NCBI GenBank assembly: GCA_002633005.1
Contig: NMRA01000387.1
Span: 235,017-299,016, forward strand
Length of the DNA stretch: 64,000 bases
Direction of reading: 5' to 3'
Source: Phoronis australis
Taxonomy: Eukaryota; Animalia; Phoronida
Shown here in pieces: positions 26,382 to 41,052 of the stretch. Every line of letters starts with the position of its first letter. Position 1 is the first letter of the stretch. The position numbers and the translations under genes are program-made. The notes under the pieces were generated by a model that was given only the letters and a program-made list of their open reading frames with translations, was not told the DNA's origin and ran no database searches.

Positions 26382-27359
26382 AGCCTTGAAAATTTCAAAA
26401 ATATGTTAAATGAAAACAAAAATACATATTTGATTATTTGTTATTGAGAATTCCTGTGACCTCTTTATCCATTTCCTTGGCTTTTTATAGTCAAAATTTG
26501 GACGTGGAGTGACATAATAATGCTGTAGAATTTAACCGATGCCTTCGGATTGACATGGAGCATGGAGGTAGAAAGGAAACCAGGTTTTCCTCACCTGTGT
26601 GGGTTGGAGGGTGTCTGAAGAAGACTTGATGTCCAAAAAATGAATTGTGTGGGGGGGGGCAAGTTAGTATCGGGCAGATCCAGGATTTTGAGTTGGGGGG
26701 GGGCCCAGGGCAGAGTACTAGCCAAGACTTTTGACCGTCGGGCATTCACACTCCCGAACTGCCAAATGTAATCTGGGAGAATTTCAGGGGGAGGGCATGG
26801 TCCCCTGGGCCCCCCTCTAAATCCATCACTGAGTATGTCAGCGAGCTTGCTTAGTCTTCTGGTAGCCTGCTGNAGCCTTGAAAATTTCAAAAATATCTTA
26901 AATGAAAACAAAAATACATATTTGATTATTTGTTAATGAGAATTCCTGTGACCTCTTTATCCATTTCCTTGGCTTTTTATAGTCAAAATTTGGACGTGGA
27001 GTGGCATAATAATGCTGTAGAATTCAACTGATGCCTTCGGATTGACATGGAGCATGGAGGTAGAAAGGAAACCAGGTTTTCCTCACCTGTGTGGGTTGGA
27101 GGGTGTCTGAAGAAGACTTGATGTCCAAAAAATGAATTGTGTGGGGGGGCAAGTTAGTATCGGGCAGATCCAGGATTTTGAGTTGGGGGGGCCCAGGGCA
27201 GAGTACTAGCCAAGACTTTTGACCGTCGGGCATTCACACCCCCGAACTGCCAAATGTAATCTGGGAGAATTTCAGGGGGAGGGCATGGTCCCCTAGGCCC
27301 CCTCTAAATCCATCACTGAGTATGTCAGCGAGCTTGCTTAGTCTTCTGGTAGCCTGCTG
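26382..27359. repeat. Apparent tandem duplication 26382-26872 / 26874-27359, joined at N26873 (likely assembly artefact)
   Basis: ~490-bp near-identical copies separated by one N. Confidence 0.92.
26671..26831. mobile_element. GC-rich hAT-type MITE (GGCAGATCCAGGATTTT family) with 5-bp TSD; second copy at ~27161-27318
   Basis: Degenerate TIRs CGGGCAGATCCAG / CTAAATCCATCACTG; flanking AGTAT on both sides; related solo end at ~58323. Confidence 0.6.
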
Positions 27360-28485
27360 GTTGAGGCAAACTGGGAGGTCTGATATTTGTTTTGTCTTAG
27401 CTACCCTGCATTTGTAAGGTGCAAAACATATTGCATGTTTCATATACTTGTCAGATGACATGTTTAAATCTAAATAGGTAGGTCAAAAATGTTCCTTTTG
27501 TTATGCAATTTTAATTAAAATGTAGAAGACTTTCTGTTGGTGCATGCTTTAGGTTTTAACATCACCTCAAATAGGTGTTGGTGCTTATGTGGGATTATTA
27601 CCATATGTTAAATGTGCAATTAGATCCCTAACATCTGGTGTGCACACAGTGGAAGGTACTGTAAAATGTTAAGAGTGATTCCTGTATGCTTAGGCAGAGA
27701 TTACTGTTGGTTTCAGGAGTGTACTGACTGCTCACTTTAAGGAGGAGCTTACTGCTAGTGTACAGTTTGACATCTTGAAATAGGTGTTGTCAAAAAAAAA
27801 CAACAAATTCATAGATGTATTGTTGCTTTTTTACTTTGCAACATAATTAACTGATCCTCCAAGGGAAATATAGCCAAGATCCAACTAGAAGGTATCGCAA
27901 GACTGCATTTTGGGCCCTACTGACAACAGCATCAAAATGTGCCCTGATTCCGGCTGTTCTGAGCTCTACTTTAAAGCATATAAAGAAAAGGTGTAGTTTA
28001 CCGTGTGCCCTTATACACATACCCCAAAGTTTTCCTTTCAACTACCCATGCTCCACTTATTGTCCACACCCAATTTATATGGCTGAGACTTTGTCAAAAG
28101 TGTCTGTATCTTTGCGAACGCCCTTCTTGTCGGAATTTTTGTTCCAAAAGGTATGCAACTCGCCTATATTGACTATCATTCATCGGTGTCTTGTTCTGGT
28201 GGGAAAAATACCATACTCATGTGATCATTACTGGAGGAAACAGGAAATGGTTCTTTTGAGTGGTGTTCATTCGAATATCACAGTGCTGGTGTGCAAAAAT
28301 TGGTAAAAGCATTCAAACTAGCAGCTTGTTGTGTGCATCGGAAAATTTGAAGACGTGTTGCCTAAAAAGCTGGTTCACGCTGCTGAACTACTGAGCACAA
28401 TCCTTGTTACATCAAGTCTGTAATTCGCTGTTGTTGTGCCTGATGTTATTAGCTCTCTCTCCCTCCCTCCCTCCCTCTCACTCAA

Positions 28486-29180
28486 ATTTCACAACAATTG
28501 CGAGACACTTTATAGATTGCTGTTTCTTCTTCTTTTAGCGTCTGTATTTGTGTTGACAGCACCTGTGCACCAAATTCTCTAGCTAACAGTTGTTATGAAG
28601 CAGATCAAGTGGTGATCTACTGCCTGGGTTTGTTTTTATTCATTTTGATATGTATTGAATTGGTTTGTCTTATTATTGAATTTTTCAATATTAATTTATA
28701 AAATCTATTTAGTGTTATTAGCCAAGTGCGAAATTCTGGTCTAATCCAAATTTAATTAATATCAACGAGAATCTAAATCTCTGTGGTGTTTTGTGTTAGT
28801 GCAAGAAGAGTGCATTTTGCTTATTGGATTTCNATTCCACAACAATTGCGAGACACTTTATAGATTGCTGTTTCTTCTTCTTTTAGCGTCTGTATTTGAG
28901 TTGACAGCACCTGTGCACCAAATTCTCTAGCTAACTGTTGTTATGAAGCAGATCAAGTGGTGATCTACTGCCTGGGTTTGTTTTTATTCATTTTGATATG
29001 TATTGAATTGGTTTGTCTTATTATTGAATTTTTCAATATTAATTTATAAAATCTATTTAGTGTTATTAGCCAAGTGCGAAATTCTGGTCTAATCCAAATT
29101 TAATTAATATCAACGAGAATCTAAATCTCTGTGGTGTTTTGTGTTAGTGCAAGAAGAGTGCATTTTGCTTATTGGATTTC
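28486..29180. repeat. Apparent tandem duplication 28486-28832 / 28834-29180, joined at N28833 (likely assembly artefact)
   Basis: 347-bp near-identical copies separated by one N. Confidence 0.92.
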
Positions 29181-32014
29181 TTTATTGAATTTCTGCATTA
29201 GCTTTATAATTGTGCAGCACTTTGCTATATGAGATAAAGGGATTCCTGTGTGGAAGTCAATCATTTAATGTATGTCTAGGATGAACAGTGCAAGATTTAA
29301 GGGAGCATTTCTCAAAAATGTGTGGAGTCTAATTCTTATTTTTGTTCAGTTATGTTAATGTAAATTGAGAACCATTGCATAACTAATAAGTCTTATAGAT
29401 AGTATGAAAATTCCTGTGCCCAATTCGTATTTGACAAAACTCAAAACACAGTTTTCATGTTCAACTAGGCCACCACACCCATGTTGGCTCACTGTATAAA
29501 CTTCAATTGGTTGTCTGGGAATGATGTCACAGCACAGGTCTTTCAGGTATCCAACTTCCTTAATCTTAGTTTCCTGAGTGTTTATCGTTGGAAATGAACA
29601 CCTTTAAATCGTGAAGATTGTCACTCATTCAGGTAAGAAGTCAGCGCAATGTTTCATTTCCATCTGATAGCACTCATGGGTTTTGTGATGTTAGGTTAGA
29701 GTTTCTTAAGCAGGGGAAGTATTTGCATGGTAAACTGTGACTGACTAAGGATTCGGAATTTTGTAAACTAATGTTTTCATTCATTACTGCACAAAACAGC
29801 ATACAAGAATCAATGTAACAAACAAACAAACAATCCCCGTAATACACCATGTTTAAACCAGATTTCTCAGTAATCCGTGGAATGCAATCACTTAATTACT
29901 TTTGTGCTCTACACATTCTGCAATTTTTGGCGGTCACTGGAATATTTGTAGAGATGATAGCGATCTCTAAGTTCTATGAATTCTGTGAACTCTAGCGTAT
30001 TGGGCGATGCTCTGGTCTTCTGGTGTGGGTGCATTGGTTAAGATCTGGACACCTGTGATTATTTCGTGCTTGACTACATCTGGTTAAGGTGACTGAGCTC
30101 TCATTATGTTGGATTCCAAAGGCATTCATACGTTTTCATAAAACTGGTTTCGGGTTGTCATGAGGATGGCATCACTCCTGTAGTGTGTTCCAATAGCAAA
30201 TATCCCACATAAACTTTTCAGCAATGGGAGAACGTGGACGTGGCTTTCTCTACCCAATTTCAAACTCTGTTGAGTATGGCCCATCGAGTTGACAAGATGA
30301 AATTCAGTTTTTCATTCGAAGACCGTTTGTGACAATGGACTGTTTCGCGTGAATCGTCTGCTAGTGGTATTCATCACGTATTTCCTGATGACAGCCATAT
30401 TATATAAAGTCTTGTTTACTTTCGTTGAAAATTTTGATAAATTGAATTTTTTTCTATTCCACTTAATTTTAAGAAACAAGGTTTTGTGACTGTCTGGTCC
30501 ACGATTGAATTTTTCGTGTACTAAGAATCAACGGGAATGTGAACAAGGAAACTCGGGTGTATTCTAGTAAAAAAACAGTGATTTTTCATGCATGGCGATG
30601 GCGCTGTCTACATCCATAATACAGATATCAAACCGGAAACGTTCTGCGTACAACTCTGAAGCGTCGTGCTTGATGTAATTTCAAGTTCTGGTGTGCAAGA
30701 CAGCTTCATTGATGGAAGAAATGCTATTACTTTCAATCACATTTTGAAACTTTGGACATAAGAGGCTGAATTGTTTGAATATCCCACTAAATTATAGTAG
30801 CAGTTTGACATCATGATACTCACATAATTTATGAAAACACTCATCTATGACATCTGCGATACTGTAAGTCCACGCGAGAATACAGAACGCTGTCTACCAA
30901 CTACCCTATCGCTATCTAGCAACAAAGCGTATTTCATCATGTCTCGGCTATATTGGAAAATAACTGTTATCGCATTGTCCTTTTCCATTCCTGTGGCACT
31001 TTGCTACCGTCATAATACCCTAGCATATGAAAATTACTTGTAAAAGGGAGCACGAGTCCTCTAACTCAGCATGTTTCTGCACAGCTCCACATTCCTCAAG
31101 CTCTGTACTTTTGTGGCCATTCTGAATGAACACACTTTGAACAATTGAATTTCTTACATTCCGGATCATGAGTGCAGTTTTTGCGTGTTTGCGCACATTT
31201 TTTAGAAAAGTCAAGTGTTTCATTTTTTATTTAACATGTGCTCCAAGTACCTGTCCAAGTAAAAGGTTGTTTTCCAAGCATTGTGAGCCAGTTTGTCAGA
31301 CACTCAAAGTAGGTACTTGAATAGGGACTATTATGATTATATCTGTTTGAAATATTTTATTGTATTGTTTTGAAGAATAAAAGACTTTAATGTCCTAATT
31401 TTGATACTTTATTGCTGCTGTCTTAATTTTGTTCATGGGAATACTCAACTTCTTTTGCACAAATATAATTTTCAAAATTGTCTTTTTTTCCATTTTTCAA
31501 AGGTTGATTATTGCAAGCAATGGAAATTTCACCTCAAGCTATTGTATAGCATCTACACTGCTCAGCCAATTCTGGTAATAACTAATTCTTCTCAATCGTT
31601 ATTCTTGCGAAAAATTAAAAAAAAAGAATTTTTGTGCTAAATAAGAATTGGGTTACACTATTGTTTCATGTATTGGTTTACATATGGAAGTACACATTTC
31701 AAAGGCAATGTTCAGTTCATTCAACAGTCATCTGAATGTGGGTTCAAGCTATTAATATTTCTGTTAAGTATTAATATGGCAGCTGGTCAAATATAACATG
31801 GCTGGTTTCAATGTTTTGCACTCCCTTAGTCAAGCCATTTTCATCATAATGTCTCAGGATCAAAGCATGTATAGGATATTAATTAGATAGTTCTAAAACA
31901 CATAAGTAATATGCCTCTGCGTTAACTGAATATTGAATGGTGGTACTCGTGTCATATTCTGTAAATTGAAACTGGTAGCTGGTCGTCTTATTAAGGTGTT
32001 GGCCATTATATTTT

Positions 32015-32557
32015 AAAGCGCTTTCTCATTAAGTGAACTTCAATACCGAAGCTTCAACGAAACATTGCTTACCTTTCCGACGTAATAGCGATATCAAAGT
32101 TATCACTAGTTCGACAGACGATGCAGTTCATTCGTACTCTCAAACAATTATTGAGTAGTGGGTTCGAGGCTTACTGAAAGTTGTTCTCCTGTCATTTACG
32201 AGTGTTTGTGAAAATGATCATCAGTGTCATTCTTCATCAGATATGCCTTCTTTTATTTATTTATGTCTGTATATTGAGAGCATGTCAGCTACGCTATAAT
32301 AACAAAGAAAATTTCTTGCGAGTCTCGAGTCTCGCATGATTGTATATTGTTGCCGCGACCTTTACCGATAAGTTCGACGAAGCTTCGCTTTAAGTGTTCC
32401 CACTATACCAAAGATTCGATTAGTACTGAAGCTTCGCTTTTAAATCCTACTATTGTAAGTGAAGTTTCACTTGCAGATTAACTACCAGAGTTTACCTTTC
32501 CACTTACCGAAACTTCGGTAAAAGCGAAGTTTTGTTTCTATTGGGAAAGTGACTTAA
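32015..32557. mobile_element. Degenerate MITE with repeated CGAAGCTTCG-type palindromes
   Basis: Weak TIRs GCGCTTTCTCATTA / TATTGGGAAAGTGAC and several GAAGCTTC / CGAAACTTCG units; boundaries approximate. Confidence 0.45.
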
Positions 32558-35227
32558 GATCAAAGTGCTTTAGATCAAGTTACAGCCACAGACGATTGAT
32601 GAGGTTGAAAATTTCTAAGCCTTGGCTGGATTCCTTTTCCACTAGTTGATATTCTGTTGATGCTGGTATGAACTGTGACTGTTCATCCGTGGTATGTTAA
32701 CAAATTTATTTACCTGCCTTGGAATCAATAAAGGCAGAAATCTCTCACAATTTGACCTAAATTTTGCAGATTAAACCTTTACCTTGGGCTATTGCCTTGA
32801 ACATTTAGGGATATGTTGTGTGTGTTTGGCAAACACATAAAAAGTAATGTGATGAAAGAAGTCAGTAACGTATTTGGAAAATTTACATTTTCGACACAAG
32901 TCTTTTTCACACACCATTTTTGCAAATAGTAGTATCCCTGCCGAAAAGTTGATGTTATCGTAATAGGAACCAATCAAATTCAACAAACCCATTTATGTAA
33001 ATTTTCTTGGTATGACCCATATTTTAAATATGTGGTCATTGGATTTCATTTTCTTTGCATGTTTCTACCAAGTAGAACTGAGTTAGGCTCTTTAACTTTA
33101 GGAAGCAGAAAGGCATTGAAGTTAGTTTTTTTTTGGAAACGGGTATTTTTAATGGCTGATTTCTTTAATTTTAGTCATCCAATTTTTATCAAAGTCATGT
33201 GTATCAAACGGAGGAATTTGGTTCCAGGTATGTTTTGAAACAAAAGTGAAGGTATTGCAAATTTCTTTGTGAATCTCTCTCGTCACGCTAGAACCTGATC
33301 ATGCGTGGGAATGACCGCCTCCTGAATGGTGTCGCGTTGCCTCAATCTTAATTATTTTCTCTGCTTATGAGCAGGGTACTGTTAAGTTAATTTATGGCCT
33401 TGTCACGTAATTGACGGTATTGTTCTTTACTCAACACTAGCAACTGTTACCACTAATTGATTGAATAGGTAGTTCACAATTAACATGTGATACGTGTTTT
33501 TCTGCTTGTTACATCAAGCCACTATTAACCGAATTGCAGTCGTGTTGTCGTCGTCAAATACGTTCTGTAGCCAAGAGCTCTAGTCACTACTTCAGAACTT
33601 TTGGGCTATAAGCTGCAATACAAGCCAAGAGTATTCAGACAAAATGACCCAGAATTCCCTGTCACGACGGCTGGACGGAAGCCTTATTCATTGTTAGAGT
33701 AGTATTCCCTCATGACCGAGACTGGGGAATGAACAAGACAGCCATAAAGGTTGCTAAGACATTCTGAAATCAGAAGTCTGCTGCCCAAATATTTATTACC
33801 AGTCTTTTTGTTGTTCACTGAACTAGCCGCCATGGCAAGAGAAATGTGTTTTGTCAGATTTCTTTTGTCTTGTATTGTACATTTGCCGTACAAATACAGT
33901 CACAAAAATATTCATTGAGGAAGATTTGCTCCCATATTGCTATTTGAATAGACTTGAGAGTCTAAATTTATTCAGCCGGCAGGGGGCGTTAGTGGGCCAC
34001 GGGTCACACAGGCTGAATATTCACGTAGTGCTGATGGCACTTTGTTGGTTATTTGAATCGAGACCGAAATCTGTTCACCCACAGAGGGCTGTCGTGGGCT
34101 ATGTGTCGGACCCACATGATTTCATTGGCGTATCTTCAAGATTCATCCACAAGAACTGTGTCGCCTCTTAGTATACTTCATTTAATGCCGCTTTTATGTC
34201 AGAAAATAGTGATTGGCATATTAACCCGATTGGTTGTTTAATGAAATCACTGGAGAGCACCTAATCTTTCAATTGGTGTTACGAAAACCCCATTTATTGG
34301 ACTAATGGTATCAAAAACAACTTCTTGTGTGACACATACTTTTCTACTTGTGTTCGTCAAGCTTCTTGTTAACCCAGTTTGCTGCATTGTGAAGCCATAA
34401 ACGTTTTCCTATTTTCAATGAGTTGTAAACAGTGTTAAATGGATGTAAAACTAATCACATATTAAAGATGGTACATTTCTGGTGCTAACAGTTTGCTAAA
34501 CAGCAACTTTAGAACAAGCTATTGTTTAAAATATTTTAATACGACATTAAATGAAAGTCTAATCATATACACAATTACAGGGAAACCTTCTGAAGAAGAC
34601 AAATCTGATAAAATGACTAATGTTTAAAAAACAAGTTGGCATATTGACAGTTTCTAGTTTCACGTTTTTTTGTAATCTTTACATTAATTTACCATGCTCA
34701 TGTTGACATTTTTTCCTGCTCTATTCTTAATTCAGAATTTTCTTTTTTTCTTCCTCAGGTAAAAATCTAGATTTCAAAAATAACATGAAATTAATGCTCA
34801 ATAAATTCTCTTTAAGTTGTCACTTTTGAAAACGTGAGATGCGTCTTGGAATTGTTTGAGACTGTTTTATTTAAAATTGGCTCAATTTTTGTTTCAAGTC
34901 CCAAGTGTGAAGTGAAGCATGTTTAAATAGTCCGTGTTAGAGATTTTTTGTCTGCACAGATGATGGCAACAACCAGTGAAATGTTACGGTCTGTGCACAA
35001 TCCTGGCTTGTCATTCTTTGTCGGTCGGCTATTGATTTTTGTAGCGTTTAAATTGCTCTTCGTTGAAATCATCCAACATTAAGTTGGTTAGTGTTGTCAT
35101 TAAAAGGAAACATTCCTGAATAAACTCACAGGCCGCAACCTGCAGTTTCCTCCTGATTGAAAATAATGTGTCCGTTCTGTGATGAGCTAAAGACTTATTG
35201 GTAAACTTAGAAGACATTTGGCTTGTT

Positions 35228-35395
35228 TGTTGAATGGTAGTTACAGTATGTTGAATGGTAGTTACAGTATGTTGAATGGTAGTTGCAGTATGTTGAATGG
35301 TAGGTACAGTATGTTGAATGGTAGTTACAGTATGTTGAATGGTAGTTACAGTATGTTGAATGGTAGTTACAGTATGTTGAATGGTAGTTACAGTA
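35228..35395. repeat. Minisatellite, 8 x 21 bp (TGTTGAATGGTAGTTACAGTA)
   Basis: Eight head-to-tail units; only two single-base variants. Confidence 0.97.
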
Positions 35396-38300
35396 ACGCC
35401 AGGTAAAATTCCTTTGGTGTTGTGTTGGATGCGGCCAAACTAAAGCTGAATTTTGCATTTTTAGTTCTAATGCAATACCTATGCGACTTCGAAATACCGC
35501 AGTGCCTTCGATGAATTTGTAGTATTTACCCACAGTGCTGTGCATTCCTGTGACACTCGGCCCGTAGCTGCACATTGCTGCTATGCTAATCACTACTTCA
35601 GATTAAAGTTAGTTTTTCCATTTGTCATTTTGATGCCAGTAAAGTTTGCATTGTGAGTTGCAATACAGAGTTGCAATAAGATTTGAAAATCTGATTGAGG
35701 TGTGATAAATTATAGTTCGGTTGTCGGCTCAACTCAGAAGTGTGTTTACCTGCTCTACCTTTTGCAAACGAGGTCAATCATAAAATGTGGCCTTCTAGCT
35801 ACATGGGACATGGGAATTTTAGGTGTAGTAGCATAGATATTTTTCCTTTCTTGTGGTACTGTAGTTTTCAAAATAAATTTGACAAAATTTTGACGAATAA
35901 GACCGTGATTTTTCTTTGATTCCCAATTCGTTTCAATTACATTTCAATTCTGGCTAAAACATGTCATAATCTTGACATGGGCACCACGCACTTTGACGAA
36001 ATTGCTACAAATAGCCACACTAGTGGTTTCAATGAAAACAAGTATTTTGCAATGTTTATAATTAAAATAGTTATGTCATGTTTTCATGTACTGGTACACA
36101 TCATCACCAGGAAAACATTGGCCATCTATTGAACTAGTCCCTAACAGTGTACACCTACAGGAGTGAACTTGATGCACAGCTGCATAGTAACATCAGCGGA
36201 TTATCACAGGTTATTTGAATTTTGTCATTGATGTTACCGAGTTGCTGTGCATCCACCCTGTTCCCGTACATGTACACAGTTTGGGCCTTGTTCTTGAGAT
36301 GGCTAGTCTTTTCGTGATGGTGGGTTTGTCAAGCACCTCCAGTCATGTTGAAAATATCTTGTTGTATTTATATACAGCTGTACAAGTCCAAATGCCAGAC
36401 ACTGTAGTGTCACATAAACTCTGACAAAGCTTGACAAAAATCACATCCCAACAAATGTTTGTCAAGGGCTAAATTGCCAAACAAGGCTGACCAGAAGTTC
36501 ATCCAAGATGGACATAGTCCGATAGAGTTCTGTCAAAACTACTGTACACTCAGATTCATAGTTCAAATTATTTATGATATTCTTATGATGTCATTGGCTG
36601 TTAGGGTTATTAAAAAAAACTTCATTAGTTATTAGGTAAACTTTAGAATATTTTTGGTATTTAATGGGAAGTGACGTCACTTGAGCGATAAGCCGCTTTC
36701 GCATGCAATTTGCGAACTGTTCATCGTTGTTCAAGTCTTTGTCATCCTGAGGGACATTGTGGGACATGAACGAATTATTAGACCACTTGCTGTGTATCAG
36801 ATAGTTCCTTAGTTACAATAGCTTTGCTTTGTAATCTGGGAGAGAACTTTTACTGTTGGCTTTTGCCAGAGACGATGCCCTACAAGTTACTTTGTCTTGT
36901 TATTTGCTGAGCATGGCCTCTAGGAATAACGAACTGAGTTTTTGCAAGACCAAAAATCACTTCTTATACAGCCTTCGACTCGGGCGAAATTTCCTGCTCC
37001 TAATGGTATATTTGTCACTCGTATTCCCAGTTTTGAGCTGGTAGAAACTGACGACCAGAAAAGAAGCTGACCGTCCACATCGTGCCTGTTTGAATAATAC
37101 AAGTGAGGTCAATTTCATACTCGTACTCTACATTTTCTTTGCACATTTTGAACATTTACCCGCTTATGTCAAGCCCTGTCATCTCACTAAAAAAGAACTT
37201 GAAACGAATTTTATAGCAGTAACTGGTCTAAATGAAGATTTAGTTTCTTCAACGGAACACAGGTTTATTACCACAATACGCAATTTGATTGCGACTTGAC
37301 ATTTCACCATTGTCTGCTATAACTAAAATGTGTTTTGTGGATGTTAACATCTTGAAACACTTGAAGCTATGCACATGCCTGGTGTTGCTGTTGCGAAAGT
37401 CGGAAATCGTCAAGTCAGCCTCAATCAGTTTATAAGCAGTACTTGTAGTGATGATTAGATTGACGTTCTTTGAAATCAATGGACATCATGCTAGCTAATA
37501 GATGTTATGAGATGAAATTCATCTAATGATTCTGATGTCAGCAATAGTTCGGACTTTCTACATTTTCCCCGGGTAATGAAAATGGGTTTTAGCGTCGTTC
37601 ATAAAAGTACCAGTTTTGTGTTTGGGCACATCCTTTTGGAGTAGACATAATTTTGGAGAAGCCTGAATGTGTGCATTCATTCTAACTGTTTGTGCTATTC
37701 ATTTGGCTTTAATTTACTGTGCAAATGCATTATTATTGCGGAGAATTTTTTAAACTGAAATTGTGTGAAATTTGGGGCATAAATCAGTCGCTTCTCACAA
37801 TGATGAACATAATGAACTTTACCACATAAACTGTACAATCTTTGTTAGCTCGCTTTATTGCAGAGCAGAAATTATTTCTTATGACAAACCAAATGGGAAA
37901 GAAAAAAGGGACGCGCTATTGAGATACGTGTTTATTTTTCTGAATAGCAGTCGCCCTAAATGTGATCTGGGACTTGGTTGAAGCATTTCGCTTTGATTGG
38001 CCATGAAACTAGTAGCCAATTCTCATAAAACTATAAATTCAAATCTTCACTGATTTAGCTCCCAATACGGCTGTCAGGTGGAATTCTATTTTGTCAAACT
38101 TCTCCGCTAAAATATAGATTAAGAACAAGTATCACTTTATTACTAGCATAGTTTCTACTGTGTAGACGTCATAAACCAACAATTGATAAAGTTTCCACTA
38201 TTCTAGTATAGTTATCAGTCTTCTTGGACAATTTCTCAAAGTATTTTCCCCTGTTAGCTATGGTGTTGCATTTATTTTGGGTAACTTGCCTTTTATAAAA

Positions 38301-41052
38301 AGGAAAAAGATCATTCGTCCGCCATATTGTGCTTTGAACTAGAAAGATTTTATAGTATTTTAGCCATATGTTAAGGGTGTCTGGTCATTTCAGAATTCGC
38401 TGAAAAATCGATCCTCTGGATATTTCATTTTGCATTTGGGCATGAACTCGTGTTAATTTTTAAATCTCTGGTCTACCATTTCTGAGATGTCGACATGTAA
38501 AATAAGTACCATGTAGATAGTAGTATTAGATGCTTCTTGAATTTTCATTGGTTGCTTTTTACGTTAGGAAGTAGACACACTCTTGGGTTTTTGAAATTGA
38601 TAATGTAACTACATTCCGACGTCTTGGGCGTTTTGTATAATTCCATGGAAACCCAGTGGTTGAACTCTGCTTCACAAAGTCGCTTGTTATCTTAAAATAA
38701 TTACAACACGCTCTTGTAAATATTGCCTGTGGTAATTAGTTAAAAACATTACCGCGAACAGAAAGATATTGATTTATTAATTATGCGTATATAGTTCATT
38801 GCGCTTCCACGTGCATGGCTGGGAATACTCAATAAACACAAGAATGAATTTCACACGCCAGTGGTATGTTAAAAATTCACGAGTTTGAGACAGTGAAAAA
38901 TTAATTATTGTGCTTAAAGTATGAATTTGTACCAAATTTTAGAAATGGCAGTCTCCATTTTAAGAATTAGGATCAACAACAACTGATGATTCCGCTACAT
39001 GATATGGAGACGCATGAAAACATTTCAAAGCCCATTTTTTGATTATTTTATGACCCATCAAGTCTATTTTCAGGCTGTTGATTTAAAACGTGGGGTCCGA
39101 TATTTCAGAATTCTGATGAGCGTCTAAATCACCCATAACCCATACTTCAGTACCTAGAAAATTCAGCTTGAATTTTGGTGTCCCATTAGTTCTAGAGCCC
39201 GGCTGCCCAAACTGGAGAATTTTTGTTGTCCTATTGCCATTCTTTATTGAAAAGCTGATGATGTTTCTGGGTTTCCGTCTTCTGCCTCATCATAAATACA
39301 ATTGCTTAATGGAACACCATAGTTCCTTCTGCTACGTGGTGGTTTTTTCCTGCAATGATGCACTTCACTGTGATACTTGCCCCACGGTTGTATACTGTTA
39401 CCATGGTATTCACTATTTTGCATTAGGACTATTTTGTCATTCAGTATTCTGATGCAAATAAAGTTGTATTGTTGCACAGTGAGTTGCAATTGAACATAGA
39501 ATTTATTTAGAAATTTGAGTCGTCTGATGAATCATTTTTCTCTTGTCTGACACGACTGACAAGTGGGTTTTCTTTCTGAAAGACTTAAGCAATGAAAGTA
39601 CGACACAACCGACTCAATTTTCCAAAAAATACAGACCAGAAGCAACTGTCATTTTTTGTCAAGGAATTCGACAAATGAAATTTCAGCTGTGTGCCATATT
39701 GTAGCTTGTTTCATTCTCAAATATCTCTGCATTTTATCACTCGATATAGCAGACAAGTGAAATTTCATTTTCTCATTTTTCCATAAAAGTTTTATAACAC
39801 CAAATTATAGCTTTTTTATGTTCAAACTGGGAACGTGATCATTCCGTAATTAATTAGCTAATAATAAAAACAGGGCCACGAGCAATATTGATTCTACTAG
39901 CAGCTATCAAAGAGTTTATTACAATCTGGCATCAGAAAATGTCAGGGATCAACTGTCACAAATATGCATGGTTGCAAACATCTTTTGATCTACCTTGGCT
40001 GTTGTGTCGTATGTGTTTTGTAAACTTGGTGAGGAAAATCAATGAATGGTTAGTCTGTAATCATCAATTTACATTTGTTTTAAGAGGTCACAGGGATTGT
40101 GACAACTCTGGAGGCTCTAATCAAACCTGCATGTATTTCTTTTTGACTGCCAGGCAAATTCTGCTGGTAGATACCGGTATTATTGGATGTCTCATGAATT
40201 AACTGTTAAAAAATTGTGTTATTTGAAATGGCTCCTCACAGTGTGTTGGTTCAGCATCGTTAGTACAAAAAAGCAGACTCAACTAGAGTTTCAGACAACA
40301 TGTTCTCAGTTGATTCTCCTTTGATTTTCTGTTTAAGATTCTGGTTTTAATTAACCATTCCTTATATTGGTTAGTTTCCTTCTTAGTTGAACAAATTGAC
40401 AAAATTTCAGCTTGTTTTTCTATCCTTTCACCACAAATTTGTGGCAAATTCTATGACATTGATATTAGGTTCACGTGAGTGGAGAAATGTTAGCAAAATG
40501 TGCTGCCTTCAAAAGGTCATTTACGCCAACAGTTGTTTTCTCACCTCGTAATGCATCGCTTTTGGAGTGAAGATTTGTGCTAAGTCACTCTGTCTCCACA
40601 ATAAACTCATTCACACAACAATTAGCAAAGGAACTTTTCCCCTCCTACTTGTGTTTCCTCGGAGTTGTATGGTCTACTTACAAAAGTTCTTGCAGAAACA
40701 CCAGCTACAAAGGTGCAGCAAAAGTGACATTTGCAACTGTTGACTTTACTGGCATTTTTGCTACTGGCAAAGGTAGTATCGAAAATGTTGGCATTTAAGG
40801 CAGCATGTGAACGAGGTGTAAATGGATGCAACTTCAACGGGACAAGCAGCAGTTGTATTAGAAATGCCTATGGAGCACTGTGACATGTTACTTACATGGA
40901 AACAAATTTCTGTAATGCATGACATTTTATAAGCTGTCAAATGATAAACACTTGATAAGTTTTTTTTGGTAAGTTCTGCTGAGCAGGTATTTTTTCCTTG
41001 TTTTCAATACTAACTACCGTTTGATTTTGAATTTTCTATTTTCTCAACTTAG

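Larger units (their letters stand above)
410..41052 (+). other. ~40.6-kb ADCY9 intron (about 3.8 kb of it probably duplicated by assembly artefact)
   Basis: GT..AG boundaries between phase-compatible exons; no other convincing coding exon found inside by eye. Confidence 0.7.

Noticed and set aside
35207-35593. Repeat proteins (YCNYHST)n / (MLNGSYS)n, or a CRISPR-like array
   Set aside because: Pure head-to-tail minisatellite with no spacers, no cas genes, eukaryotic intron context.
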